Positions 29,868 through 38,951 of a DNA stretch of 64,000 bases are shown here, in pieces (position 1 is the stretch's first letter; each line of letters begins with the position of its first letter). A program made the position numbers and the translations under genes. The DNA is from Bacteroidales bacterium. Lineage in GTDB: Bacteria > Bacteroidota > Bacteroidia > Bacteroidales > UBA3663. The stretch lies in NCBI GenBank assembly GCA_045576355.1, contig JAZNGG010000029.1, positions 8,109-72,108 of the forward strand, read 5' to 3'. The notes beneath the pieces were generated by a model. The model saw only the letters and a list, made by a program, of their open reading frames with translations. It searched no databases and was not told the origin of the DNA.

Positions 29868-31385
29868 ATGTTACCATCACGATTCAACTATGCGTTTATA
29901 CGCTACATCTTCGGTGTTTTGCTGTTCATGGAGTCACTCTTCATGGCGGCAGCCTCCGGTGTGTCCGCCTATTATTGTTATACTGCCGGTGACAGAGACT
30001 TCATCGCCCTGCTGATTCCGACGATTATAACTATGCTGACCGGATTTGGGCTATGGTATTCCGGTCGCAAACACACCGATCGTTTTACCTTGAAAGAAGG
30101 ATTTCTCATCGTAGCATTGGCATGGGTCCTCTTCTCTCTTTTCGGCATGTGGCCCTATCTCATCTATGGGTCCGTGGACAACGTAACCGATGCTTTCTTT
30201 GAGACCATGTCCGGATTCTCCACGACCGGAGCCACTATACTCGAAAATATCGACCAACAGCCACATGGCATCCTCTTCTGGCGTTGTCTGACCCAATGGA
30301 TCGGAGGTCTCGGTATCGTGGTCTTCACCTTAGCACTGCTTCCATTGATCGGAACAGGGGGGACGCAGATGTTTAATGCTGAAGTTACCGGTCTGGGTGT
30401 GGATAAACTACGACCCAAGATCCAAAACACGTCTCGTCATCTTTGGAGCATCTATTTAGGACTTACCATAATCTGCGCTGCTCTCTACTTCGTGGGGGAT
30501 ATGTCGCTGTTTGACTCTGTCTGTCACGCACTCTCAACTTTAGCAACGGGGGGATTCAGCACACACCAGGCAAGCATCGGTTATTTTAACTCTCCTTACA
30601 TAGAATATGTATGCGTTGCTTTCATGTTTATTTCAAGCTTGAATTATAGTCTCTTCTACACTTTAGGCGTAGGAAAATGGAAACAATTCTGGCGCAATGA
30701 GGAGTTCCGATGGTTCTTCTTCATCGTTGCCGGTACTACCCTCCTGTTTATGGCTCTCCAATGGGGGACTTTATACTGGAGCAATACTACCCCGGAACAA
30801 TTAGCGACACTACCGACCGACTGCGAATCCTCTTTCCGCACCTCTTTGTTTCACACCATATCGATCATCTCTTCCTCCGGTTTTCAGGCAACCCATTTTG
30901 ACTATGTCTCCTGGGGGGCTGTCTTCTGGATGCCTACACTTGTCTTGATGGTCTGTGGTGGATGTGCCGGCTCGACAGCCGGAGGTATCAAGGTGATACG
31001 CTTTATTGTCCTACTGAAGAATACGGTCAATGAGTTTTTACACCAACTTCATCCCCGCTCCATCACAGCGGTGCGTCTCAATGGTCACTCAGTGGCTCCG
31101 ATTGTAGTACAAAAGGTATTGGCATTCATTTTTATCTTCTTGATGCTCATTATCTTTGGCTGCTTTTTCATGCAGTGTTTGGGGCTATCTTTTGAGACTG
31201 CATTGGGATCCACTATCTCTGCTCTCGGCAATACCGGTCCGGCACTCGGTGCCACAGGTCCGGCATTTACATGGGCGAGTGTCCCGGACATTGGCAAGTG
31301 GTTTGCTTCATTCCTCATGCTTGTAGGTCGTCTTGAGATTTTCACCGTTATCCTACTCTTTACCAAAATGTTTTGGCAAAGATAA
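29868..31385 (+). CDS. trkH: TrkH-family potassium transporter
   Basis: 505 aa polytopic protein. Repeated selectivity-filter-like segments (SGFSTTGAT, LATGGFS, SSSGF). Confidence 0.9.
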   Translation: MLPSRFNYAFIRYIFGVLLFMESLFMAAASGVSAYYCYTAGDRDFIALLIPTIITMLTGFGLWYSGRKHTDRFTLKEGFLIVALAWVLFSLFGMWPYLIYGSVDNVTDAFFETMSGFSTTGATILENIDQQPHGILFWRCLTQWIGGLGIVVFTLALLPLIGTGGTQMFNAEVTGLGVDKLRPKIQNTSRHLWSIYLGLTIICAALYFVGDMSLFDSVCHALSTLATGGFSTHQASIGYFNSPYIEYVCVAFMFISSLNYSLFYTLGVGKWKQFWRNEEFRWFFFIVAGTTLLFMALQWGTLYWSNTTPEQLATLPTDCESSFRTSLFHTISIISSSGFQATHFDYVSWGAVFWMPTLVLMVCGGCAGSTAGGIKVIRFIVLLKNTVNEFLHQLHPRSITAVRLNGHSVAPIVVQKVLAFIFIFLMLIIFGCFFMQCLGLSFETALGSTISALGNTGPALGATGPAFTWASVPDIGKWFASFLMLVGRLEIFTVILLFTKMFWQR

Positions 31386-31450
31386 TCATCAATAATCATC
31401 CTCCTCCCGGACTTAGCGGGAATCTTATAAAACATATCACACACTCAGTC

Positions 31451-34135
31451 ATGGCAAAAGAAAAAATCAAAAACACGAAAGACAACAAAAAGCCAGCCGG
31501 AGACGGCAAAATATCTCGCTTCCTAAAAGACGAGCGCACAGCCTTTATCTCGGGTATCATCATACTGCTGATTGCCGGATTTTTAGGGATTGCCTTCATC
31601 TCATTTATCTTCTCTGTATGCGGAGGAGACCAGGCTGCCATCGAACATAAAAAACTCAACGAACTCGTACAACCCAATAATGGCATCCAAAACTGGATGG
31701 GATATTATGGGGCATACTTTTCCGAACTCTTTATCAACAGATGGCTCGGCATTTCGACATTCCTATTCATATATCTTTTACTCAACTTAGGATACAAACT
31801 TGTCAATCGCGAGTCCATCAGTCACATCCCGACTCTTTTTACTAAATGTGCCCTTTGGAGCATCTGGTTCTCCATTTTCTTTGGATTCTTCTTTATCGAC
31901 TTCTATGGAGATAGTTTCATCTATTTAGGAGGAAGACATGGTTATGACCTAACCCGCCTATTAGAAGCCAACATCGGATGGGGCGGCACACTACTCTTTA
32001 TCATCGCCAGCTTTATCATATTGAGTATCTTTGTTTTCCAAAGCACTATAAAACGGACAAGACAAATCATCAATCTCTGGCCACGGCTGAAAGCTTACCG
32101 CAAGATTCGCCGTGCTGCGGCAGCAGCCAAAGCAGCAGAATTGGCAGCAGCCCAAGTAGCTAAAGCGGCTAAAGCGGCAGAACTAGCGGCTCAGGAGGAA
32201 AGTAATCCTCAAGAAACGATCGTCCCGGAACTTACTCCTGTCAATGAGGAAAATATCGTAATAAATGATACTCCCATCGAAGACGATCCATTCGATAACA
32301 ACGAACAACAAGACATTTTCATCGAAGACAAACCTCAGGAGGAGGAGGACAACCACGAGAATGAGGATGATATACTCCCTTGGAACAACCATGAGAGAGA
32401 TATGAATATGGATGAAATTGAAGAGATCAGCCCCTCCCCTACCCCATCTTACCGAAATGACGAAAAGTTGGAAGAAGAGATTAAGGTGGAGGTTGAAGAA
32501 GATTCAATTCCCTCGGATGATACATTCAAGGTGGAGACCAAATCTGTAGAGACCGTCGATGCCCCTATCATCCTGGAGGACTACGATCCGACAGCCGATC
32601 TCTCTCACTATCGGTTCCCGACGTTTGACCTGCTGAAGCAGTACAACACCGAGATCCCGATCGACATGAACGAACAAAACGAAAACAAGGAGAAGATCAA
32701 AAACACTCTTGCGGACTATGGCATTGAGATACAAAGCATCAGTGCTACGGTAGGTCCCACCATCACTCTTTTTGAGATCGTGCTTCAAGCCGGTACAAAG
32801 ATAGCCCGTGTCCGCAACCTTCAGGATGAAATTGCCATGAGTATCGCCGCCTCCCACGGAGTGCGCATCATCGCCCCAATCCCCGGCAAGTCTGCCATCG
32901 GTATCGAGGTGCCTAACCACGACCCGCAGACAGTCTCCATGCATTCGGTCATCACAAGTCGCACCTTCCAGGAAAGCGAATACGAACTGCCCGTAGCATT
33001 GGGTAAAACCATTACCAACGAGGTCTTTACCTTTGACCTTGCCAAGATGCCGCACCTCCTTGTAGCCGGAGCCACCGGACAAGGTAAGTCTGTAGGTCTC
33101 AATGCTATACTAACGTCTCTGCTCTATAAGAAGCATCCTTCTCAACTCAAATTGGTATTAGTCGATCCGAAACAGGTGGAGTTTAGCATCTATTCGCGCA
33201 TCGAAAAACACTTCCTGGCCAAACTTCCGGATGAGGAAGAACCAATTATTACAGATGTGACCAAAGTTGTCTCCACTCTCAATGCCATCTGCATAGAAAT
33301 GGAAGACCGATATGCCCTCTTGAAAGATGCCGGACTACGCAATATCAAAGAGTATAATGCCAAGTTTATCCATCGTGAGCTTAATCCGCGCAAGTCTATT
33401 GTCGCTCCCGGCGGCAGCAATGAGGCTGTACACCATCACTATCTCCCATATATGGTTGTAATCGTCGATGAGTATGGAGATCTGATCATGACTGCCGGCA
33501 AGGAGATCGAACTTCCCATTGCCCGCATCGCACAAAAGGCCCGTGCGGTCGGCATACACATGATCATCGCCACACAGCGACCTTCAGCCAAGATTATTAC
33601 CGGTATCATCAAGGCCAACTTCCCTGCTCGTATGGCATTCCGTGTCGGTCAAAGCATTGACTCTACGATCATCCTTGACCAACCCGGTGCCAACCGACTC
33701 ATCGGACGAGGAGACTTACTCTTCTCCACCGGCAACAATCTGACCCGTGTGCAATGTGCATTTGTCGATACTCCGGAAGTGGATCGCATCAATAGGTACA
33801 TTGCCGAACAGCAGGGATACCCGACCGCATGCATTCTCCCCGAACCGCCCCTCAGTGAGGGTAGCGGAGAAAGCTCTTCGGCAGCCAGTGTAGATATGAA
33901 TCACCTCGACCCATTGTTTAATGAAGCTGCAGAGATGGTGGTAAGCACAGGACAAGGTTCGACTTCGATGATACAGCGAAAATTCCGCATCGGATATAAC
34001 CGTGCAGGAAGTCTCATGGATCAATTGGAAGCCGCCGGCATCGTCGGACCCTATGAGGGCAGTAAAGCCAGATCCGTCCTCGTCGGTGATGAAATCGAAC
34101 TGCGACAAGTCCTCGACAATTTGAACAGAAAATAA
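31451..34135 (+). CDS. ftsK: DNA translocase FtsK/SpoIIIE
   Basis: ORF 31373-34135. Start chosen at MAKEKIKN (ATG 31451) to avoid overlapping trkH. N-terminal TM segments, acidic linker, Walker A GATGQGKSV, Walker B VIVDEYGDL, gamma-domain QRKFRIGYNRAGSLMDQLE. Confidence 0.9.
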   Translation: MAKEKIKNTKDNKKPAGDGKISRFLKDERTAFISGIIILLIAGFLGIAFISFIFSVCGGDQAAIEHKKLNELVQPNNGIQNWMGYYGAYFSELFINRWLGISTFLFIYLLLNLGYKLVNRESISHIPTLFTKCALWSIWFSIFFGFFFIDFYGDSFIYLGGRHGYDLTRLLEANIGWGGTLLFIIASFIILSIFVFQSTIKRTRQIINLWPRLKAYRKIRRAAAAAKAAELAAAQVAKAAKAAELAAQEESNPQETIVPELTPVNEENIVINDTPIEDDPFDNNEQQDIFIEDKPQEEEDNHENEDDILPWNNHERDMNMDEIEEISPSPTPSYRNDEKLEEEIKVEVEEDSIPSDDTFKVETKSVETVDAPIILEDYDPTADLSHYRFPTFDLLKQYNTEIPIDMNEQNENKEKIKNTLADYGIEIQSISATVGPTITLFEIVLQAGTKIARVRNLQDEIAMSIAASHGVRIIAPIPGKSAIGIEVPNHDPQTVSMHSVITSRTFQESEYELPVALGKTITNEVFTFDLAKMPHLLVAGATGQGKSVGLNAILTSLLYKKHPSQLKLVLVDPKQVEFSIYSRIEKHFLAKLPDEEEPIITDVTKVVSTLNAICIEMEDRYALLKDAGLRNIKEYNAKFIHRELNPRKSIVAPGGSNEAVHHHYLPYMVVIVDEYGDLIMTAGKEIELPIARIAQKARAVGIHMIIATQRPSAKIITGIIKANFPARMAFRVGQSIDSTIILDQPGANRLIGRGDLLFSTGNNLTRVQCAFVDTPEVDRINRYIAEQQGYPTACILPEPPLSEGSGESSSAASVDMNHLDPLFNEAAEMVVSTGQGSTSMIQRKFRIGYNRAGSLMDQLEAAGIVGPYEGSKARSVLVGDEIELRQVLDNLNRK

Positions 34136-34312
34136 GGTTAAGGAGTTGAAAGATTAAATAGGTGAAAAGCTATCGCCATAGCCATTAGCCATAGCGGACG
34201 AAATCCCAGCCATCGCCATAGCGGGGCCTCGCCCCTAAACTCCTCAACCAATCAACCTCTAAACTCCTCAACCAATCAACCTCTAAACCCATCAACCAAT
34301 CAACCTCTAAAC
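34136..34312. repeat. Composite intergenic repeat (family copy R3) including a 24-bp x3.25 tandem repeat at 34235-34312
   Basis: GCTATCGCCATAGCCATTAGCCATAGCGG, CCATCGCCATAGCGGGGC, then CTAAACTCCTCAACCAATCAACCT repeated in tandem up to 10 nt before the trxB ATG. Confidence 0.85.
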
Positions 34313-34322
34313 TAAAAAAAAT

Positions 34323-35261
34323 ATGACACAATGTTTGATTATCGGATCAGGTCCTGCCGGCTACACGGCTGCCATCTATGCCTGCCGAAGTGGACTCGCA
34401 CCAATCCTCTATGAAGGACTGCAACCGGGTGGACAATTGACAACAACCACAGAAATAGATAACTTTCCCGGATATCCCGAGGGAACAACAGGCCCTGAAC
34501 TTATGGAGGACCTCCGCAAACAGGCAGAACGGCTCGGCACAGACATCCGAGTAGGCATCGTAAGCCACGTGGATTTCTCTATGGACGGATCTGCACCCCA
34601 TGTCGTGACCATCGATGACGGGACACAAATAGAGGCTCGCTCCATCATCATTGCCACAGGAGCTTCAGCCAAATATCTTGGACTTGACGATGAGAAGAAG
34701 TATGCCGGTATGGGTGTCTCTGCCTGTGCCACCTGTGATGGTTTCTTCTATCGCAAGAAAACAGTTGCCGTAGTAGGCGGAGGAGATACGGCTTGTGAGG
34801 AAGCCTGCTATCTCTCCCATCTTGCTAAGAAAGTGTATCTTATTGTGCGCCGCAATGTGCTCCGTGCCACAGAGGCGATGCAAGAGAAAGTTAAGGCAGA
34901 AGAGAACATTGAAATTCTTTGGGAGACACAGACCGAAGGACTTTTCGGAGAAAATGGGGTAGAAGGTGCCCACTTGGTGAAAGGAAAAGGGACCGACCAC
35001 GAAGAGAGATTTGACATCGCCATCGATGGGTTCTTCCTTGCCATAGGCCACCACCCCAACACAGAAGTCTTCCGACCGGCGATAGAAGTGGACGAACAGG
35101 GTTACATCGTAGTCAAACATCCGACTACAGCAACCAACATTCCCGGAGTATTTGCCGCAGGAGACGTTGCTGACCCCATCTATCGACAAGCCATCTCTGC
35201 TGCCGGCAGTGGCTGTCACGCAGCAATGGATGCCGAACGCTATCTCTCACAGCTCTCATAA
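34323..35261 (+). CDS. trxB: Thioredoxin-disulfide reductase
   Basis: 312 aa. GSGPAGYTAA FAD motif, redox CATCDG, GGGDTA NADPH motif. Confidence 0.9.
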   Translation: MTQCLIIGSGPAGYTAAIYACRSGLAPILYEGLQPGGQLTTTTEIDNFPGYPEGTTGPELMEDLRKQAERLGTDIRVGIVSHVDFSMDGSAPHVVTIDDGTQIEARSIIIATGASAKYLGLDDEKKYAGMGVSACATCDGFFYRKKTVAVVGGGDTACEEACYLSHLAKKVYLIVRRNVLRATEAMQEKVKAEENIEILWETQTEGLFGENGVEGAHLVKGKGTDHEERFDIAIDGFFLAIGHHPNTEVFRPAIEVDEQGYIVVKHPTTATNIPGVFAAGDVADPIYRQAISAAGSGCHAAMDAERYLSQLS

Positions 35262-35291
35262 AAAAGTCTATAAAACTTCGTATATATGACC

Positions 35292-35325
35292 ATGGCGGTG
35301 CGTCCCTATCAAGATGCACCGCCAT
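35292..35325. terminator. Hairpin terminator between convergent trxB and the 179-aa gene
   Basis: ATGGCGGTGC / GCACCGCCAT 10-bp stem with a 14-nt loop, AT-rich flanks. Confidence 0.5.
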
Positions 35326-35339
35326 AGTTATTTAAATAA

Positions 35340-35879
35340 TTAGTCGAAACTCCAATCTCCAACAAACGAGATTCCTACTACCCACCATCCATTTTCAAAC
35401 ATATTTTTAGTTTCAAATTCGGGTGCGTCTATTCTGTAACCTCCAGTTAAGAATACCCGTCCACCATCCTTTCTGGAGAAGACCTTTAATCCGATTTGCG
35501 CATCTGCACGAACTCCATAAGTAAATTCTGAATCTTCCTCAATCCCATCATCCATTGTTAAGGAGCCTAAGTACGGCAACAAACGGCCTTGTATCAAAAA
35601 CCAATTATTGAAGACTCTTCGTTTGCTCCAACCTATATTACAATTAAATGAACTCGAACTATATCCTCCGGGATAATTTGCCCAATCGCCACCTATGGAA
35701 AAATGCCAATGTTTCATAATATCGAATCCAATATCGTACCCGAACATTCCCTCTTGAAAAAATGTATTTATACCTCCTCCACGGTGATATATTTTCTTTT
35801 CCTGAGCAGTTTGTGCCCAAAGAGATGAACTCATAAAAAAACCTAAAAGCATGGTGATAATAAAAAAATTCTTTTTCAT
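35340..35879 (-). CDS. Hypothetical secreted/outer-membrane protein
   Basis: 179 aa with signal peptide (…SSLWAQT). Gly/aromatic-rich, beta-barrel-like, AT-rich gene. No family recognised. Confidence 0.55.
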   Translation of the reverse strand: MKKNFFIITMLLGFFMSSSLWAQTAQEKKIYHRGGGINTFFQEGMFGYDIGFDIMKHWHFSIGGDWANYPGGYSSSSFNCNIGWSKRRVFNNWFLIQGRLLPYLGSLTMDDGIEEDSEFTYGVRADAQIGLKVFSRKDGGRVFLTGGYRIDAPEFETKNMFENGWWVVGISFVGDWSFD

Positions 35880-35997
35880 TTTCGTATTGTTAAATATTTC
35901 CCTTACTCACTTCACGGCTTTTCGGGTTACTCCGTTGTCCTCTGAAAGAAGAAATGATACGCACAAAAAAAGCGCGGACAATACTCTGATTATATTC

Positions 35998-36116
35998 GCC
36001 TTTGAGGTCTTCGACTACCTTTTCCATCAAATATACGAGTAAAGTCCACGCCTAACGGCGCGAACATTTTTCGCTTTATTCTTGATGGAAATTGAAAGTG
36101 TCGAAGTTTCAAAGGC
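35998..36116. other. Nested inverted-repeat structure (three concentric helices plus two small hairpins)
   Basis: 35998-36015/36100-36116; 36020-36030/36082-36091; 36037-36044/36074-36081; hairpins 36049-36060 and 36061-36073. Confidence 0.6.
36028..36035 (-). promoter_or_regulatory. -7 promoter box TATATTTG (minus strand), candidate promoter of the 179-aa gene
   Basis: Plus strand reads CAAATATA, an exact TAnnTTTG on the minus strand, ~150 nt upstream of the ATG at 35879. Confidence 0.3.
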
Positions 36117-36359
36117 AAGAATCTAAGCTAAAACGCTTTTCCAATATGTCTAAATGTACGTATTCTGTTATACGCTATGCTCCATTGGCTGTATATGTTT
36201 AGAACGTTAATAATGATGTTATCCCTGCAAATATACAGAAATTTATCAAAAACAATGCCATTACAAGATAAAAAAAGGCATCTCCTTTCCCTCTTGACTC
36301 CGATAATAATTAAAAACTATTGGTGTTCGGTAAATGTTTTCCTTCGCATAGTTTGCATC

Positions 36360-36484
36360 ACGCCGCCGTGTAACGTGCACGACGCTGCCGCGTAATGTGA
36401 ATGACGGCGCCGTGTAACCTCACACGGCGGCCTGAATAAAATAACACGGCGCCGTCGTGCACGTTACACGGCGGCGTCATTCAT
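36360..36484. repeat. GC-rich nested palindrome built from five copies of a CGCCGTGT/ACACGGCG motif
   Basis: Perfect 25-bp inverted repeat 36360-36384 / 36453-36477. Inner 8-bp hairpin 36408-36415 / 36422-36429. Alternative pairing 36397-36415 with 36466-36484 (17 of 19). Confidence 0.9.
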
Positions 36485-36592
36485 TTCCACTTAAGAAGGA
36501 TTATGGGTATCAGATAAAGAAGTATTACTCCTCATTGAGGTTTAAATACATTGCAAGAAACTCTTGTTGCTATTCAGAGGAGACCATTCGAG

Positions 36593-38218
36593 TTATTCGA
36601 AGGGTAGTATGATAGCATACTCTCCATACTCCATAATATTATTCTCTTTGCCCGCAACAGCCTCTCCCAACTGAACATCTCTGACAATATACTTTTTCTT
36701 TACAAAGAGTATGGTATTTTCTAAAGAGTCAAGTTCCTCTGCCTTAATATGTTTTAACTTTTGTCCGAGATACACATCCAGATTGTCACCGGTCTTAAAA
36801 CGATAGTAAGCATATTGATCGATACCCATCTCCGCTGCTACTTCCATAGCTCTTTGGCAACCCTCCTTCAAGCCAATGGAAGGATTGATTTTCGGGATAG
36901 AAAAAGAAACAGAGAAAACAAGAAGCAACATAGATAATGCGATGGAAAGGATGGCTCCTCCGATAGACTCTTTCTTATAAATATAGTATAGCGCACAAAA
37001 TCCTCCTATGCCCAAGACAGCAACAAAACATTCGATCGGCAACCATAATGCGAAAACGAAATCGGGGAGGTCAACGACATTTAAAAATCTGACCACTATG
37101 GGCGTTGCCAGGCATGAGACAATAAAGATTATGGCTGGAATCGTGAGAGAAACTTTGATCCACAGACTCCTCTGCAGCGAAGGCAAAAGTATGGCAGCAC
37201 CATATATTATAAAAGGGAAACAGGGCAACAGATAAATTTCAAGCTTTGAACTTATCAGAGAAAGCATTATAAAAGTAGTTACCACGATCACAGCAAAGAA
37301 CTTCAAAAGTGTTGTTTTAAAGAGTTTTTTGGCAACACCAAGGAGAATGACAACAAAAGCCAGCAAAGACCAAGGAGCAAGCGAAAACCAATAGGAGACT
37401 CCATAAAAGTAAAACGGCTTTTTATGATGGAATGCATCGACAGCTCGGTTAACGGTTTGATTAAAAAGCAAATTGTTAAGGTATTCTGTACCTCCGTCGA
37501 GATAAGCACAAGTAAACCAACAGGCACACGACACACCTAAAAGAGTCCAAAATCGCCAGCCCAAATATTTGCCGACACTTTTTATCTCACGATTGATGGC
37601 AAGAAAAACAATGATCGACAACAGAGGCATCAACACGCCAATAGGACCTTTGGTAAATAAAGCCATAAATACATAGAATGGTAAAAGCCACCTCCATCGG
37701 CCATAACTCCTATGATCAACCTTCCGCTCCCCAAATACATCTCCTTCTCCATCTTCTCTATGGTGATAGATATACATTCTGTAAAAGGTATATAATGACA
37801 ATATAATAAACATTGTCATGAGCATATCCATGCGCAAAATTATTATAGATCCTATAAAATAAATGGAGGTAATGAGCATCAATTCCGCTTGAACAACACC
37901 TTTACCGGACAAATATTTCTGACACCATCGTCCCATGACCCCCATCGTAACAAAAGCCGGGATAACAGAGAGGAGGGAGATAAAAAACATCAAGTGCTCT
38001 CCGAAAATGAGTTTTCCGAGCATGACTGTCCAAATATACAATGGAGGTTTATCTGCATAAGGAACACCATGATTATAAAAAGCAAAAAGATTGCCATTAG
38101 CAATGGCTTCATCTGCAATACTCAGATATTTCAACTCATTGTCCGGGGTAAAATCCCTTAAAATAAGAATGGGAAGCAATGCTATAAACAGCAATAGGTA
38201 TCTCATCCAGGGTCTCAT
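36593..38218 (-). CDS. ArnT/PMT_2-like GT-C (GT83-type) membrane glycosyltransferase
   Basis: 541 aa, ~12 TM segments. N-terminal DELKYLSIADEA...YADKPPLYIW pattern, typical of polyprenyl-phosphate-sugar-dependent transferases. Confidence 0.7.
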   Translation of the reverse strand: MRPWMRYLLLFIALLPILILRDFTPDNELKYLSIADEAIANGNLFAFYNHGVPYADKPPLYIWTVMLGKLIFGEHLMFFISLLSVIPAFVTMGVMGRWCQKYLSGKGVVQAELMLITSIYFIGSIIILRMDMLMTMFIILSLYTFYRMYIYHHREDGEGDVFGERKVDHRSYGRWRWLLPFYVFMALFTKGPIGVLMPLLSIIVFLAINREIKSVGKYLGWRFWTLLGVSCACWFTCAYLDGGTEYLNNLLFNQTVNRAVDAFHHKKPFYFYGVSYWFSLAPWSLLAFVVILLGVAKKLFKTTLLKFFAVIVVTTFIMLSLISSKLEIYLLPCFPFIIYGAAILLPSLQRSLWIKVSLTIPAIIFIVSCLATPIVVRFLNVVDLPDFVFALWLPIECFVAVLGIGGFCALYYIYKKESIGGAILSIALSMLLLVFSVSFSIPKINPSIGLKEGCQRAMEVAAEMGIDQYAYYRFKTGDNLDVYLGQKLKHIKAEELDSLENTILFVKKKYIVRDVQLGEAVAGKENNIMEYGEYAIILPFE

Positions 38219-38266
38219 GCTCGTTATCTTTTTTAGGAATAATATATTATTGGAATATACATCAAA

Positions 38267-38887
38267 TCATAATGAGTACTTCTGCTTATGCAATAGTGTA
38301 AGATTTCTGATATATGCAGCCAAACCAAATGATTGCCCTAAAATAAGGACAGGATCAAGTCTTAGGATTCCATACGAAATGATAATGGTCGATCCGATGA
38401 GGCTGATAGTCCAAAAACCAGCCGGTAGGATAGACTGCTCATGTTTTTTTGAGTAGAGAAATTGGTAAACAAAACGTAAGGTAAAAATAACTTGCCCCAA
38501 TGAGCCATAAATGACAAGGAATGTAGATATTTGGGGAGTATTCAAACATTGTTGTACAAACAGATCCCAATCACTTAGGATATATGAGAGACCAATGATA
38601 GGTGTTAAAATAATAATCAACCTAAGCAGGAGATTGCTTCTGCGCCAAACACCCTTTTCGTTGAGATTCCAAATATAGATATAATAAGAAATCACTTGAC
38701 CCAACATTACGGCAAAATCATTTCTCAGCCAACCATAAATGAAAAGCAAATAAGATGCAATGATACTCAATACCCAAAAAATCGTTGGGGAAACTACCCG
38801 TTTTGCCTTTTCTGACAAAACCCATTGTACAAGAATCCTTGCCGAGAAGAGAGCTTGTGCCAAGAATCCTATTATATAAATATACAT
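38267..38887 (-). CDS. Tandem LAB_N (lipid-A-disaccharide synthase N-terminal) domain membrane protein
   Basis: 206 aa. Two repeats of the LAB_N signature (FSARILVQWVLSEK and FTLRFVYQFLYSKK). Confidence 0.65.
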   Translation of the reverse strand: MYIYIIGFLAQALFSARILVQWVLSEKAKRVVSPTIFWVLSIIASYLLFIYGWLRNDFAVMLGQVISYYIYIWNLNEKGVWRRSNLLLRLIIILTPIIGLSYILSDWDLFVQQCLNTPQISTFLVIYGSLGQVIFTLRFVYQFLYSKKHEQSILPAGFWTISLIGSTIIISYGILRLDPVLILGQSFGLAAYIRNLTLLHKQKYSL

Positions 38888-38951
38888 CTCTAATTAAAAA
38901 TAAAAAAGTGTTGAGGCAAAAGCTACATTGCGATCTAAAGACCGATTTGGA

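Noticed and set aside
31373-31450. The longer ftsK start at 31373 given by the ORF track.
   Set aside because: It would overlap the trkH 3' end and adds a non-FtsK-like prefix. MAKEKIKN at 31451 gives a normal basic N-terminus ahead of the TM segments.
32170-32560. Ala-rich then highly acidic low-complexity stretch within ftsK.
   Set aside because: A variable low-complexity linker between the membrane and motor domains is normal for FtsK/SpoIIIE proteins.
34235-34312. Tandem 24-mers, and the clustered family repeats, as a possible CRISPR array.
   Set aside because: The units are directly adjacent with no unique spacers. The other clusters are irregular in spacing and orientation, and there are no cas genes.
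35890-36027. 45-codon minus-strand ORF (MEKVVEDLKGEYNQSIVRAFF...) just upstream of the 179-aa gene.
   Set aside because: Its ATG lies upstream of the transcript start predicted from the TATATTTG box, and it overlaps the nested inverted repeats. It has no family signal. It could be a gene remnant, but that is unsupported.
36177-36395. 72-aa plus-strand ORF in the AT-rich intergenic region.
   Set aside because: No recognisable family. It runs into the GC-rich palindrome, which supplies its C-terminus, and has no promoter box. It is probably a chance ORF.
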